58,710 bases of DNA, filler included, from Sphacelaria rigidula (GCA_964200075.2; 8 parts of 8 records of this genome joined end to end with filler, not necessarily neighbours in it); one strand, 5' to 3'. Shown: positions 25,101 through 36,878, counted from the whole stretch's first letter. Notes: generated from the sequence alone by a model not told the origin. Numbers and translations: made by a program.

Positions 25101-28100
25101 AACAGTTTTTTGGATCTCTACACCAAGGTATGTATACTGGTCTACGATCGGCAATTCCTCTTCTCCCCACGTGCATTTTAATTTTACCGGATGTTTCTCA
25201 TCTTCGTTACAGACGAGTAACGCGCATTTGTTACCGTTTGCTGTCCCTCTCCATTTCCTAGTGTATTCTAGCGCCTTGTCTATCTGTTTCTGCAGTCCTT
25301 CTGCTGTCCCTGAAATCCCCACGAAATCATCATTTGTACTTAAAATAAATGATGAGCGAGACCTAGGCTGCGGTCAAAGGCTTAATCCTGTTGACCACAG
25401 TGCGAGTGTTCAATTATCACGATTATAATAATGAACAAGTAGGGCGCTATCGCACGCGTGCACCGACGTACGCGGATTGGAAAAAGCGACGTCCCGCCGG
25501 CTGGTCGGCGAAATATCGGAAGGTTATATAGGATTCAAGCGCAGATCCCGACGCGATTCCCAAGGTGTTTATGAATTGCATGGCCGATTCTCGCCTTCCT
25601 CTGTCTATACCCGAGCGTGCGTTCTAAAAAAGGTCCTGTAAAGGTGAAAGCGATAGTGTGACCCCCCTGTGGGGGCGAAGGTCGGGAAGTTTGTAGGGAT
25701 ATGTACATAGTCTCCATAGTACACGGAAACTATACATTCCAACCATGTACAACGTACTTTCTCAGTTTGAAATATGTCTAGTGAAATACTGGAATTGTTT
25801 GCGAACACGCATGTTTGGACCTTTCTCGAAATGCCGGTCGCTGTTGATGGAACGAATGTGCTTTCAGGTTTAGCACCATTATGAGCATCAAGTGCCCGGC
25901 CATGCAGGCTCCGAGAATCAACTACTTCTCCAACCCCTCCATCGACTACAAGGACCAGCCCACCGGCACGGATACCGACGACTGCGCGAGGGCCATCCGC
26001 CTCAACATGGTGTGTCGATCTGTATGAACCGCTTTTACCGCTGATGTGATACTGTCGGGTGCATGATACTGTCGGGTGCACAGGCAATATGTGTGTTGTG
26101 TGTAGTCGTCCCACCCATTGTGGACGCCGGTCTATACATTTCGGTATACTGTATGTGGACACACCAGCCGGGGTCACACAGGAGGAAGCCTACACCGGGA
26201 GGTTTTTAGTACTCCACCTTACTTCTGCGGTGCATGCCTTTATATTTGATCGCGAGAGGGGTGCAGCAGTCCCTTGCCCTCGTCGACCGTTGAGTCGAAT
26301 TTTATGTACCCACGATATGGTCGCTCTCCACTGTTGGGCATGGTGTGAGAAAAATCCCAGATCGCTCCGAGATTTGAACCCACGACCCACCCGTCAAAAG
26401 GCTTCGAGGTTACCAAGTGAGGCACCGGGGCGACCGGCTTAAGTGTAGTTTATTTAGGTCATGCAAGTACTTAAAATTATTCATGTCAAGTTCTCCATCC
26501 ACCAGGTGGAGAATGACCTGTCAGTATGACTGGTTGGAATTCGGCATTTTGGACAACAGGTGGTGCTGGTCGAAAGCGCCGAGCAAAGTGTGTGTGAGAG
26601 ATGAAGGCCAGCAGAACGATAGCCAACGCCACGACACGCTAAAACGCACAAAATAAGGACCCACGGCAACATTGCTCAGACTCCTGACGGAATCAGGGTC
26701 GGCCATTAGCCCTGCAGACACTGCAGTGCCATCTCCCTAACCCCGCCCCTACCCAACGTCCCCCTCCCCCCCCCCTCAACACCGCCGCGCCCTTTTCTAC
26801 TCTTCCGCATGACGGTTTCCGACGTCTCTAAAATATTAGGGCGCCGTGGAAGCATTCCAGCCCGTCGTCACTCCGTCTCCGTCGACCGTGCCCCCGACAA
26901 CAGCGCCCCCGACAACGGCGCCTCCGACTACCGCACCCCCGACGACTACCGCACCCCCGACGACTACCGCACCCCCGACGACTACCGCACCCCCGACGAC
27001 TCCCTATCCGTATCTTGGCTGCTGGACCGACGACGTGTCGGACCGTGTGCTGTCTGGTGAATCTCAAAAGGGGCAGACTGACATGACCACCGAGGTGAGT
27101 GCAGCGGGTGCTCTACCATCGTACGTATTTTTTCTTCACGAAGAGATGTGATCGTTTTCTGGTGTGATTCGAGTATCAGCTCATCGGATGTTATATCCGT
27201 TGCTGTGGCATATTATCCGCCGTACAGCATTATTTTCACGCACCACTGACTGTCCTTACCGTGGTGTGCTTCTGGGTCCTGCTCTGTTTCTTTCGTGTGT
27301 GTGTCATCTGTCGGGAGTGCAGAAGTGCGCCGCCTTTTGTGCTGGACCCAGATCTGCTTTCTTCGGGACACAGTTTGGGTCGGAGGTGAGAACTTTCGCA
27401 ATTGTGGTATGGTCCGTCCAGCTGAAAAAACAATGTGCGGGTGCGCATGTAGAGAAGACCGATTGCTCCATGTCATCTGCTGCCCCTACCTTGAAGGCGC
27501 CATACTCGACAACTGTTTGGGGGTCCAGGCTTGTATGTAAGTGTACCAATCGGGTCCGCGCACTGATTCGGGTCAAGTGCAAGTATTGTCGGACAGGTTT
27601 ACCCAGGATTCATATTTCAATCCATGACATATCTCGGTGGAGGTTGGCAACACCTGGGTACCTAGTTCGAGGTTTTCAGTACTGTAAGCAATGTATTTCC
27701 AAGCAACATATGTTGCCCTTTGGATCTTGTGCACTTGCCTTTTCCTGCAGTGCTTCTGCGGACTTTCCACGGACGACCCCGAAGAGAACGGTCCTTCCAC
27801 GGGATGCACCGTGCCGTGCACCGGAGACGCTGACCAGACATGCGGCGGCAACAGCGCGATCAACGTATACGAGTACCCCCGGTACACCTACGTGGACTGC
27901 TTCGCAGACGGACGCGACCGCGTGCTCTCCGGACAGAAATTCACTGACGCCGCTATGACCACCGACGTGAGAGATACATAGAGGGGTGGGAGCAGAGACG
28001 GTGAAAACGATGACTATTGAGGCAAACACGAGGGCTGGGTTGAAGGATGATGGGGAATCTTGAGTAAGAGTTGAATGAAGTATCTGACGTACTATTTCGG

Positions 28101-28949
28101 CAGTTGCTTGCTAAGGATGATTCGACGTGTGTGGACCGAACGTGCGATCAACTTTCCAGTCCTTGTATATGAAGTTCTTCCCCGAGGCTACGCAATGTCT
28201 ACAGAGTGCACACCTGGGGGTGCTCAGTCGTAAGTCGTCGACAATTAAATCCTCTCCACTGTTTTCCTCCGTCCCTCCGCTACCGCGTTGCAAATCACGT
28301 TCGGTAATAGTTGTGCTACGAGCTCTGCGCGGGTGCCCCGTGGTTCGGAACGGAGTTCTCAGACGAGGTAAGCGCGATGTTGTGTAGAGTTGGAGAACAA
28401 GCACCCCAGTGCGCTACAGGTCTACTTCAAGAGCTAACGCTTGACATATTTGTACCTCTATTTTGTGCTGTTCCCTAGCCATTGGTGTCTTCACTCACTG
28501 CCCAATCCCACATTGCACACTTGCATAACTGCGCTGCATTGTAATACGTTTGTGGTGTTCGTTCTCTGGGGTGATCCATCGCAATGTTTCATTCATGTGC
28601 ACCGCCTTCTAGCTGTGCACGGCGCGCCCATCGGCCCCACCATCTCCTCACATCGATCACTCCCATTACCACACCCATTCCTCCGCATCGTCGTCTTGGC
28701 CATGTTTGCTTCGATGCTCATCACTCGCTCACGCAGTGCTTCTGCGGCACCGGAAGCGACAACCCGGAGGTGACCTCGACCGTCTGCAACTACGCCTGCA
28801 GCGGTGACTCCGAAGAAATCTGCGGTGGACGCAACGCCATCAGCATATACCAGCCAGTCGCGACCAGCAGTGGCCTCGGCTGCTACGCTGACACGGCTGA
28901 CGATCGCATTTTCGAGAAGGCTTTAACCGGCGGCTCTATGACTACCGCG
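22120..28949 (+). CDS. Reprolysin-like / peptidyl-Asp-type metzincin domain (degenerate active site) + Pro/Thr linker + at least 3 WSC domains, partial; exons 22120-22257, 22781-22942, 23431-23573, 24037-24213, 25868-26009, 26840-27094, 27323-27385, 27751-27966, 28311-28367, 28737-28949
   Basis: All ten exons have AG/GT ends and consistent phases. Motifs: VDVMFLYTDAA, NAAFANSGV, LRETYQADLVQL, HAFGHNLGCYR, Met-turn STIMS, RINYFSNP, (PTTAP)n. WSC signature YLGCWTD...MT.E.C...C....FGTQFGSECFCG...C..PC.GD....CGG..AI.VY occurs twice, plus the start of a third. Confidence 0.92.
24326..25332 (-). mobile_element. 5'-truncated LINE, ORF2 RT C-terminal part, intronic
   Basis: DDFVGISGTAEGLQKQIDKALEYTRKWR..NGNKC...VDQYTYLGV are non-LTR RT motifs. 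Frameshifted. Ends ...KASNK* GTAC plus a C-run. Confidence 0.88.
26091..26438 (-). mobile_element. tRNA-derived SINE (family A)
   Basis: Degenerate A-box, B-box GGTTCAAATCT, conserved body, (CA)-rich tail. Confidence 0.85.
26891..27003 (+). repeat. Coding minisatellite (15/18-bp units) encoding PPTTA / PPTTTA
   Basis: CCGACGACTACCGCACCC tandem units in exon 6. Confidence 0.9.
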
Positions 28950-29191
28950 GTGGGTTCCATACCATAGCCCGTATGGAAAAACCGTGTGCATTTCAATAGC
29001 GGCTTTCACGTGGGTTGGGTGTAGACCGAAGTTCGCGTAACTTGTCGAGCCCTTTCGGAACCCTCGAGGGTCTAATCGATGTTCAGATGTGCAAAAGGAA
29101 GGTCACGCTGCAATTTTTTGAAAAGGTCGCAAATGCATTCATTCGTCGCGCAAGCAATCCCGCTGCTTTTGCGCAGTCTACCTACTGTCAC

Positions 29192-29239
<48 letters not shown>

Positions 29240-29306
29240 CCCCCCCCCCCCCCCCCCCGGGTTCCCTCCAGCCCACCCTCCCCCCGCCCCCGCCCCACCC
29301 CGCGGC

Positions 29307-29406
29307 NNNNNNNNNNNNNNNNNNNNNNNNNNNNNNNNNNNNNNNNNNNNTTAATTAATTAANNNNNNNNNNNNNNNNNNNNNNNNNNNNNNNNNNNNNN
29401 NNNNNN
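29307..29406. other. Artificial contig spacer
   Basis: N44-TTAATTAATTAA-N44. Confidence 0.98.
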
Positions 29407-29453
<47 letters not shown>

Positions 29454-29711
29454 AGTGAGCTTGGTCAGAGATGCACCTCGTCATCGTGGTGCGAACGATG
29501 TTTTTTCGGGAGTTCAACCAACGTATTGGATGAGGCAAGGCACCAGCGGCATATGTTTTTCCGTTGAAAAATGACTCCGCAAGGGTTTGCAGCGCCCGGT
29601 GGCACGGCCCTGCCATTGTCACAATCGCAACGAAATTGTTTTCACCCCACACCGATGGGACTAGTGTCCACTTCTGGTGGTGTGGTAAAATCTGAGCAAC
29701 ATTGAGCTAAC

Positions 29712-32700
29712 CTCGATAGAAAATCCTCCAGCGGCCTTGACGTCGTCGGATAGGCGACTGGCCTTGCTGCGCATGGTACGAGGCCGAAACACCGCATGAA
29801 CGAGACAAAGGAACACGCCCATGCCGCCGTAGAACAGCAAGACATACCACGCGCCGGTCAGGCCAAGAATGCAAAGCACACCTGTCGGTACAGCACGCCA
29901 CATGTGACAGACAAGACGGCAGTGAACAACCCGACAAGGAACAGCAGAAATTGTCACGATCCATCATATAAATCAACACTCTACGCAAGAGAAAACGGCC
30001 ATATGGTACGCAGTTCAATTCATGTGCAAATATACGTCACCACCAGTCAGGAGCATGACCCCGTCAAGTGCTCATTTAGTGCTAGAAGCGTGTTCTGCGA
30101 GGGGGACGATGCATGTTTACTCGTTGCTGTAGTCTAGATAGACCTATACAGAGCTCCGCAGCACATCCTCGCAAAGCTAATACTAGCGCCTAGGATGTTT
30201 TCTTGTATCATGCCCATAGCGTTGTGATGGAACAATATTTGTTTGGCTGATTCGAATTTGGATGTCTGGGACAGGCCCTGCTCGAAATGGAGTTTGAATT
30301 TTTCACCTACCACGCACGAATCATGGAACCAACCCACCGATCACCGCTGCGGCAATTCGCTCGCTGTTCTCCAGCACGCGCTCTCCTATCTTCACGACCC
30401 TTCGGCTCTCGGCGGCAGGGAAAACGAAGGCCAGCAACAGCGCAGAGAGCAGCAAAGCTAGCACAACTCCAACGTTCGAAACGCTGCAAATCCCACGTTG
30501 AACAGCATCCCATCACGGAAAAGCGGCGACAGGGCAACAGTGGTAAACACGCGGAGAAGGGGTAACGACGAGAGATACATTAAGGTACGCCACCGAAGAA
30601 TAATCGATCACACTATACGGAGCAATGCTACGGTAGGGGTGTACTTTTTTCGCGAAATATTGTCTAGTTAAGGGGCTCCTAACGATTATAGATGCACAAG
30701 ACTATGGGTCAGGGCATCCCCGTTTGCAAATTCATTCGGGATATCCCCAGCACATTGGAGTAGTAATCTTGGCGTACTTTCACATATTGTCATATTTTCG
30801 TAAGTGGTGTTTTGTATGAGATCAAGGGCTCCTAAGAATTCTAGCCTCAGAAAATATTTGTGCATCCCTACCATAGCATCACTCTACGTTCCATGGTCTG
30901 CTGATTCGAGAAGGGGGCAATCGTTGATGCACTAGGGGCACGGAGAAAACAGCACAGCACCGTCGTACCCCGTAGTAACCGAATCACCCGTTCCGTCGCA
31001 AAATCGCGAAAGGCAGTCGATCGTGCGGCGCACATGCAACGCTTTCCGCTTACAAAGCGGTAAAAGGAACAGTTTCGACAAGTTAAGACGATGTGAAGGT
31101 TTGGATACACACTGACACCCAACACGCGCGCGATGGCACTCACATCCCCACCAGCAGCAGCCCCGCGGCGATGACGCTGTAGTTCCCACGATAGTAGATG
31201 AAATTCGTCGTCAGTCGCTGCGAGGATATGGAAAAAGACAAGCGAGGGGAGGAGTATTCATTTAATCTCGTGCTGTTCATTGCAAAACTGTAGTATTTTG
31301 AACTCGTTTGCACCGATCGGTGCGTGAACAGGGCGCAGATGATACAAGAACAGCGAAACGTGTTGACTTTGCCTCCGACGGCGTGCAGCGGAAAACTGCG
31401 CAAGCGTCACGAAGCGCAACAGAGACGCAGCTGGGGGACAACCACGGGACCCTCTGTAACGACCGTGTGCTCTGTACATACTGCAGCCGTGGCTCATTAT
31501 TTCCGCTCACCTCATCGAGGACGTTAAGGTGCCAAGCTCGCGGCGCCTTGAACCGTGCGAAAAATTCACTCCACGGCTTCATCTCTTTCAGCCTGTGAGC
31601 ACAGGTCGACAAAAAGGAATTGGCAACTCGTCCCGGTGGTCTAATTGATACACCAATGGCCGGTTAGGGCGGAAGATTGAGGGTTCGGATCCCGACTGAT
31701 AAACGTTCTTTCGGGAAAATCTGGTTTCGGTCGTTAGGAACCCGAAGATTTGCGAAGCAAATTAAGATGTAACGAGCAGAGTCAACGCGGTGAGGTAGTG
31801 CTCAACCAATGCGCGATACCAAATATCACGCATGTCCCGGGAGAGAGTGGCTGATCCCTCGAGACACCACCCTTGTTCGGAAGAAGGGGGGAGGGGTTGG
31901 AAATATGGCAAGGAAGATAGAAACAACGGCAAAAGGATCAGGATCTACCCTATCAGACAAAGAAGGAGAGAAGCGAGCAAACAAGAGGCATGTTGGCTGG
32001 TCATCGCTATACCACCCCGCTGAGGGGGTAAAACGGCGTATTCTTCATGATTCATTTGGACTTTTTGAGCTTTTCCCCAAGATTAGTTGGGGTGTTTGCC
32101 ACGACCGGGGGCGTGAACTAGCGGCGCAACGATGCTTACCGTGGTTCAAGTCTTTCACAATCCGGGCCTGAAGCACCAGCAAATGTCATCTTCTGATTAT
32201 TACACTGTACCACGATAGAAAATGAATAGCTCGAGCAGTAGTTATTGATCAAATGAGCACGACGCTCTGGCTCGGGGCAAATCGGTTCAAATTTGAACGA
32301 GAAACGATTACAAGGGTAGTTCGAGTAGAGTAGACTCATTTGCGGGGTATTTTGAAAGTCGTACTCGAAGTACTCAAATCGGGGGTAGCGTTCCAGGAAT
32401 CGCATTCCATCTATTTTTTGGTATGTCTTTCAAAATACCCCGCAATTGAGTATACTCTACTCAACCTGCCCTTGAAAGATTATTTACTTCAGACGGGTGC
32501 CCTGTAATACACCCACAAATGCTCAACGACTCCATCGTAAGCAACTGTTGTCGCACACGCACGACCGCCCCTCTTCCGAAACCAAACGGACTGTCGTCAA
32601 ACAAACACTTGGCGCAGATGAGTAAGGGATAGCGCTAACCGTGATGCTCTTGTGCTGTGGGTGTGCGCCTTGGTTCGGGCTCGGTTGCATAGGTGTAACA

Positions 32701-34309
32701 TGTTTCAGTCACGCCTTCTGCCATACCCTTCAATACTTCCAGACCTACATGCGACTGCGTCCACTGCTGAAGAAACGCCGCTATTACTCAGAGTCCGTCT
32801 TGTGTTTCTTCGTTAGGACCCAAATTTTTTCACAAGCTTCTTCTTCTGGCTTCTTTTTTCGTCTCAGTAAGACACGCCTCAAGTTGAAGCTCGTACAGTA
32901 ACCGGGGAGTACGAAGGGGGAACATGGCTGCGCGAGACACCACACGTTCCGAGGCAATCTTCTGCCGGGACACCGATTCTTTGAGGAAATGTATCCACAC
33001 TTCATGGACTATACACACCGAGCCTGGTTTCGGTACAATAATTTCGGCTTACAGTTACACGAAAGAAATGTACGCCAAGTTGTCGTGATCTAACGTTTGG
33101 AACATTTTGCGGTTGTTTGTACAGGATGAAGACGATCGTAGAGTATCGTGTAGTGTGCCGTTGCTCTCCATCCGTCCAAGTCGCACAGCGCTAAAGTATT
33201 ATCAATCACCCGCATGCAAGACTGCCGTGGGCAAATATAATGTTGGGCGTACGATATGAACATTTTGCTCGATTTGGCCTGCGCCGCCGGTTTGCCCATC
33301 TGGCTCATTCAAATGGCAAGTAAAAGTTCCTAGGTGATTATCCTGGTTCCAGTGAACTTCCAGATCACTCTCTGACTCTTCATGTGTGTGTTGTGTGTGT
33401 GTGTGTGTGTGTGTTGTCGTCCCATTTATTCTGGGCGCCAGTCTGCACCTTTCGGTATGTGTGGGCGCATCAGCCGGGGTCACACAGGAGGGAGGTCAAC
33501 ACAGAAGCTTTTTCTTTTTTGTTTATTTTTAATACCGCACCTTCCTTCTGCGGTGCTTGCCTTTTTATTTTATTATTTATCGCGAGGGGGGTTCAGCAGT
33601 CTCTTTCCCTCGTCGACCGTTTAGTCGAATTTTTGTGGATCCACGACCTAGTCGCTCTCCACTGTTGGGCATGGTGTGAGAAAAGATCCTAGATCGCTCC
33701 GGGAATCGAACCCCACTACCCAACCGTCAGAAGGACACGAGGTTACCAACTGAGCCACCGGGGCGACCGGTCATGACACCCTCTTAACCCGCGTAGTATG
33801 ATGCTTTCAATGTGAGCAGAGTTGCCGTCTTTCGGGAGGCTATCTATGGCCCATCTGAATACTGTAGTCAGGGGGCGAAAGGGTCCAAAGTTGCAGATAG
33901 GTTGGTTGGTGTGCATTTACTCACCACGCAGCAGATGCATCCCATTTTACGGCACGCTAGCGTGTGCTGGAGGTTACGGTACGGTACGGGCATCGTTCTG
34001 CGTACAACGAAAGCGTGAAATCTCAATATATCGTGTGGTTTTTGCCGCATTTGAGCCCAATAACGCGAGAAAAGGAACGAAGTGGCAGCCAAAAACTAGT
34101 ACCGCACAAGTGCACCATAATCTCCGTGCGCTGGGAACTCACCCAAGGTCACCAATGAACGTCGTCGCCCGTGCTGCAAGCTCTGACAAGATCTCCGCCA
34201 TAACCGCCTGCGCGTCGCTCACGGCTCTGTCGGACATCACATTTGACTGGGGAGCCGCGCGATTGCCTGCGCTGCTGGGACGCTTTCTCATTCTAGGTTC
34301 AGTGGCCAT
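29712..34309 (-). CDS. PRA1: PRA1 (prenylated Rab acceptor) family protein; exons 34309-34143, 31592-31511, 31217-31144, 30483-30338, 29881-29712; 3' end probably off-contig
   Basis: Phase-consistent splicing gives MATEPRMRK...GDLG|LKEMKPWSEFFARFKAP...DE|RLTTNFIYYRGNY...|hydrophobic helices|...LVHAVFRP. PRA1 hallmarks PWxEFF, R...N..Y(Y/F)..NY and HA.FR are all present. Confidence 0.92.
30620..30884. mobile_element. MITE family S, GAG...CTC termini, 4-bp TSD TACG (Sola-like)
   Basis: TACG|GAGCAATGCTACGGTAGGGG ... CCCTACCATAGCATCACTC|TACG. Confidence 0.85.
31628..31705 (+). mobile_element. Degenerate tRNA-like SINE head (third body type follows)
   Basis: TCGTCCCGGTGGTCTAATTG...GGGTTCGGATCCCG resembles the head of families A and B. 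Confidence 0.4.
32311..32474. mobile_element. 164-bp MITE with ~54-bp TIRs
   Basis: CAAGGGTAGTTCGAGTAGAGTAGACTCATTTGCGGGGTATTTTGAAAG is mirrored, ending at 32474. Confidence 0.75.
33385..33770 (-). mobile_element. tRNA-derived SINE (family A), best-preserved copy
   Basis: A-box TGGCTCAGTTGG, B-box GGTTCGATTCC, (CA)n tail, candidate TSD TCATG (33380-33384 and 33771-33775). Confidence 0.88.
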
Positions 34310-34956
34310 ATTTTTTCAATAAAACGATTTACTTCTGTGAACTACGGCGTACTTTGTAGCCTTTATGCCACCTGTTGTCCCCGAGAGGGAGAGTACTCAA
34401 AAGCTGAAGACTAGAGCATAAATCGTTAATTTTTGGTCGCTGGAGAAGCCGACGTTTTCAGACCCGTAGCCAGACGGTACTAGGCAGGTGTTCTTCAAGA
34501 AGTGGACCATACTTTATACCATGGGTGTAGATCGCTGACAGATTCATTGTTTTTTTTTTTTCAAATACCGGTGGTTTTCAGTGAATATTACCTACTTTCT
34601 AAAAACACGAGGAACTCGGTGTACAAAAACAGCAGAAAATCATATCTTGGAAGATGACTAGTGAACTAGCGGGCATATGCTTACCCGCCTCGCTGTTGAA
34701 TTCTGCTTCCAGTCCCTGCTCCGCGACCTTCCTGCCGAGTTGGATTTTCTCTGCATCGAGGCCATTTACCGACAAGTGTGGTGTTCTGCTTCAGTGCGTG
34801 CTATATACTCAACCGAATACAACACATTACGTGTTGTTTGTTCCCGATAACTTTATTCTGCGACCCTTCTATTCGTAGGCAGCAGTGCACTCCTTGCTGA
34901 AGTTGGCCCGGCCCTTTCCAGCGAGTAGTGCTTCATATCGAGAGAGATCAGGGGCC
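34310..34956. promoter_or_regulatory. Candidate bidirectional promoter / 5' UTR region between PRA1 and Rab
   Basis: 647 bp between two divergent ATGs. Inferred from gene geometry only. Confidence 0.5.
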
Positions 34957-35023
34957 ATGAGTCGGCGAACCATGCTAGACTCGAAGAGTCGAGAGGTCAA
35001 GGTTGTACTTCTTGGGGACACGG
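34957..35023 (+). CDS. Rab GTPase (Rab5/Rab22 group), first coding exon only
   Basis: GCCATG context, then MSRRTMLDSKSREVKVVLLGDTG| with donor G|GTGAGT. KVVLLGDTG is the Rab beta1/P-loop start. No next exon found before the contig ends. Confidence 0.8.
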
Positions 35024-35419
35024 GTGAGTGCGAGCACTTTTGAGACAACGGACGCAGCAGAAAGAGTCAGTGCCAAGAACGAATTGCTAACAAGAGTCAG
35101 CACTCCCACCTATTTTGTCATGGTTGAAGTGTCAACGCGAATGTTGTCTAGAGGAATTTAAACACGAGAGGAGTTGTGAATCAAGAACCTTTCCTTTCTT
35201 GTGGAGACACGACATCATGCATTGCAAAGAGCACCTGCGAGGGCAACAGGTTCGCTACCGTTACAGTCTAGTATGGTGCTGTTCCTTTTTGTGCTCTCTA
35301 GTGCGCGATGGTGAGAAGGTGGGTGGTTTGTTCAACCATTGAACCTTGTTATGCCGTGTCGTAGCGGGAGGGCGGAATAATCAAACTTGTTGCGTGAAAC
35401 CTTCGGGGGCGATACATGA

Positions 35420-35520
35420 CCCTTTGGCCGCCACAACAGTAGGTAATCTGACCCACGCGCTATTTTTTCAAGTGAAGAATGATACCGATTCAACAGATGA
35501 CCTATCTTCGCGGTTATGGG
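35420..35520. mobile_element. Tiny piggyBac-type MITE (degenerate)
   Basis: ATGA|CCCTTTGGCCGC...GCGGTTATGGG|TTGA; homologous to 36443-36540. Confidence 0.55.
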
Positions 35521-36442
35521 TTGATACTTACATCCGGCCCCCTTAACCTCTCAGTTCCCTCCTTGCAGGCCAGTGGGAAGAAGTTCGTAGTTTCGTTTTT
35601 GGTGGAGAGAGAACTTCCACGTGGTACTCGTACTTGAGGGGTCGAGGTCGAAAATCCCCCGCTAAGCATACGCCTCGTCACAATTTTTCGGGCGTGATTC
35701 ACGACCAGACACAGTGTTCGCACCCAAGTTAGTGGCATGCTTGTCATCACCCTGCCCCCCGCCCCTCAATACGACAGTAAAAGGTCGAGTCATGACACTA
35801 GATGAACAGTCATGCTGGCACACAATCATGGAACACCTGCGCTGCCTCCGGCTCAATTCTATCCATTACAGCGCTCCAACAAACTGGCGATGGGTGTACG
35901 GGAGAAGGTGGAACAACATATACAGTTGAGGTAGTGCACATTCCCTGTCTGCCTCGCTGTTTCGTTCTGGCATCTGAAGGTTGATCGCATAGAACTTTTC
36001 TTGTGCTGACCTTGTACACTGCCATTATACACTAGCTACTATACACACAAGTGAGCATGCTTGCAGCCACTGTCCAAGGCCAAGGTTGCGTTTGCATCCT
36101 CGTACAGTAATGCGACTGTTGCTGTCATCGTCCCATCTTTACCTTGGCTGTATATCCGGGAACCACGGTAGGGTTTGGTGCAGAAAAATGCGTTTGCTCA
36201 ACCCTGTTGGGACCGGAGTGGACTAAGGCCCTGTCTTATCAAATTGTTTTCGACTCAAAAACGTATGATGGGATCTTGTTTGCTCGTACCTGTACATACG
36301 TTCATGTTTTCAACCATCTGAGAAAAAGAAATGCGTGGACGATTCAGAAACCAGCGAATTCGATTCGACCGTACGTTTTCCACACAAAAACAGTTTGATA
36401 AGACACGGCCTAAGGCCAACTCTCACAGATTGGGCCGCTTAA

Positions 36443-36540
36443 CCCTTAGACCGCGACATTAGTCTTTCTGGATCATGCATACTTTTCCCCACTTGTAATT
36501 GATGCCGATTCAACAGAAGACTAACCTCGCGATCCAAGGA
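36443..36540. mobile_element. 98-bp piggyBac-type MITE with TTAA TSD
   Basis: TTAA|CCCTTAGACCGCGA...TCGCGATCCAAGGA|TTAA. Confidence 0.7.
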
Positions 36541-36657
36541 TTAAGAAGCGGACTTTCCTTCAGCCGGTTCTAACTGACGATCTATCGCGAGTTGTGCCTA
36601 CCGTGACACATCGCTGTGATCTGCAAATCAACGCGCGTGTTTCACTTCACCTAGCAC

Positions 36658-36757
36658 NNNNNNNNNNNNNNNNNNNNNNNNNNNNNNNNNNNNNNNNNNN
36701 NTTAATTAATTAANNNNNNNNNNNNNNNNNNNNNNNNNNNNNNNNNNNNNNNNNNNN
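36658..36757. other. Artificial contig spacer
   Basis: N44-TTAATTAATTAA-N44. Confidence 0.98.
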
Positions 36758-36878
36758 GTCATCCTAAGCTGAGGCGAGATATGGTGAGGAACAGGGGCGT
36801 CCTATGGTTTACACCTGCCATTGTATTCCTGACCCGCGCCGCGTTAAGCGCTGACCAGAAAGGTCTTGCCTGGGAACA

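Noticed and set aside
25605..26177. 190-aa minus-strand ORF
   Set aside because: Antisense shadow of metzincin exon 25868-26009 plus the SINE tail.
27164..27958. 264-aa ORF as a single CDS
   Set aside because: Only 27323-27385 is in the WSC frame. The rest is intron or out-of-frame exon.
29015..29652. Poly-proline ORFs (extensin- or formin-like)
   Set aside because: They are translations of poly-C/G tracts at contig ends that run into the N spacer.
33690..33770. tRNA gene (also 99-175, 5438-5510, 26360-26438)
   Set aside because: A and B boxes are present but the anticodon arm is degenerate, and each head continues into a repeat body. These are SINE heads.
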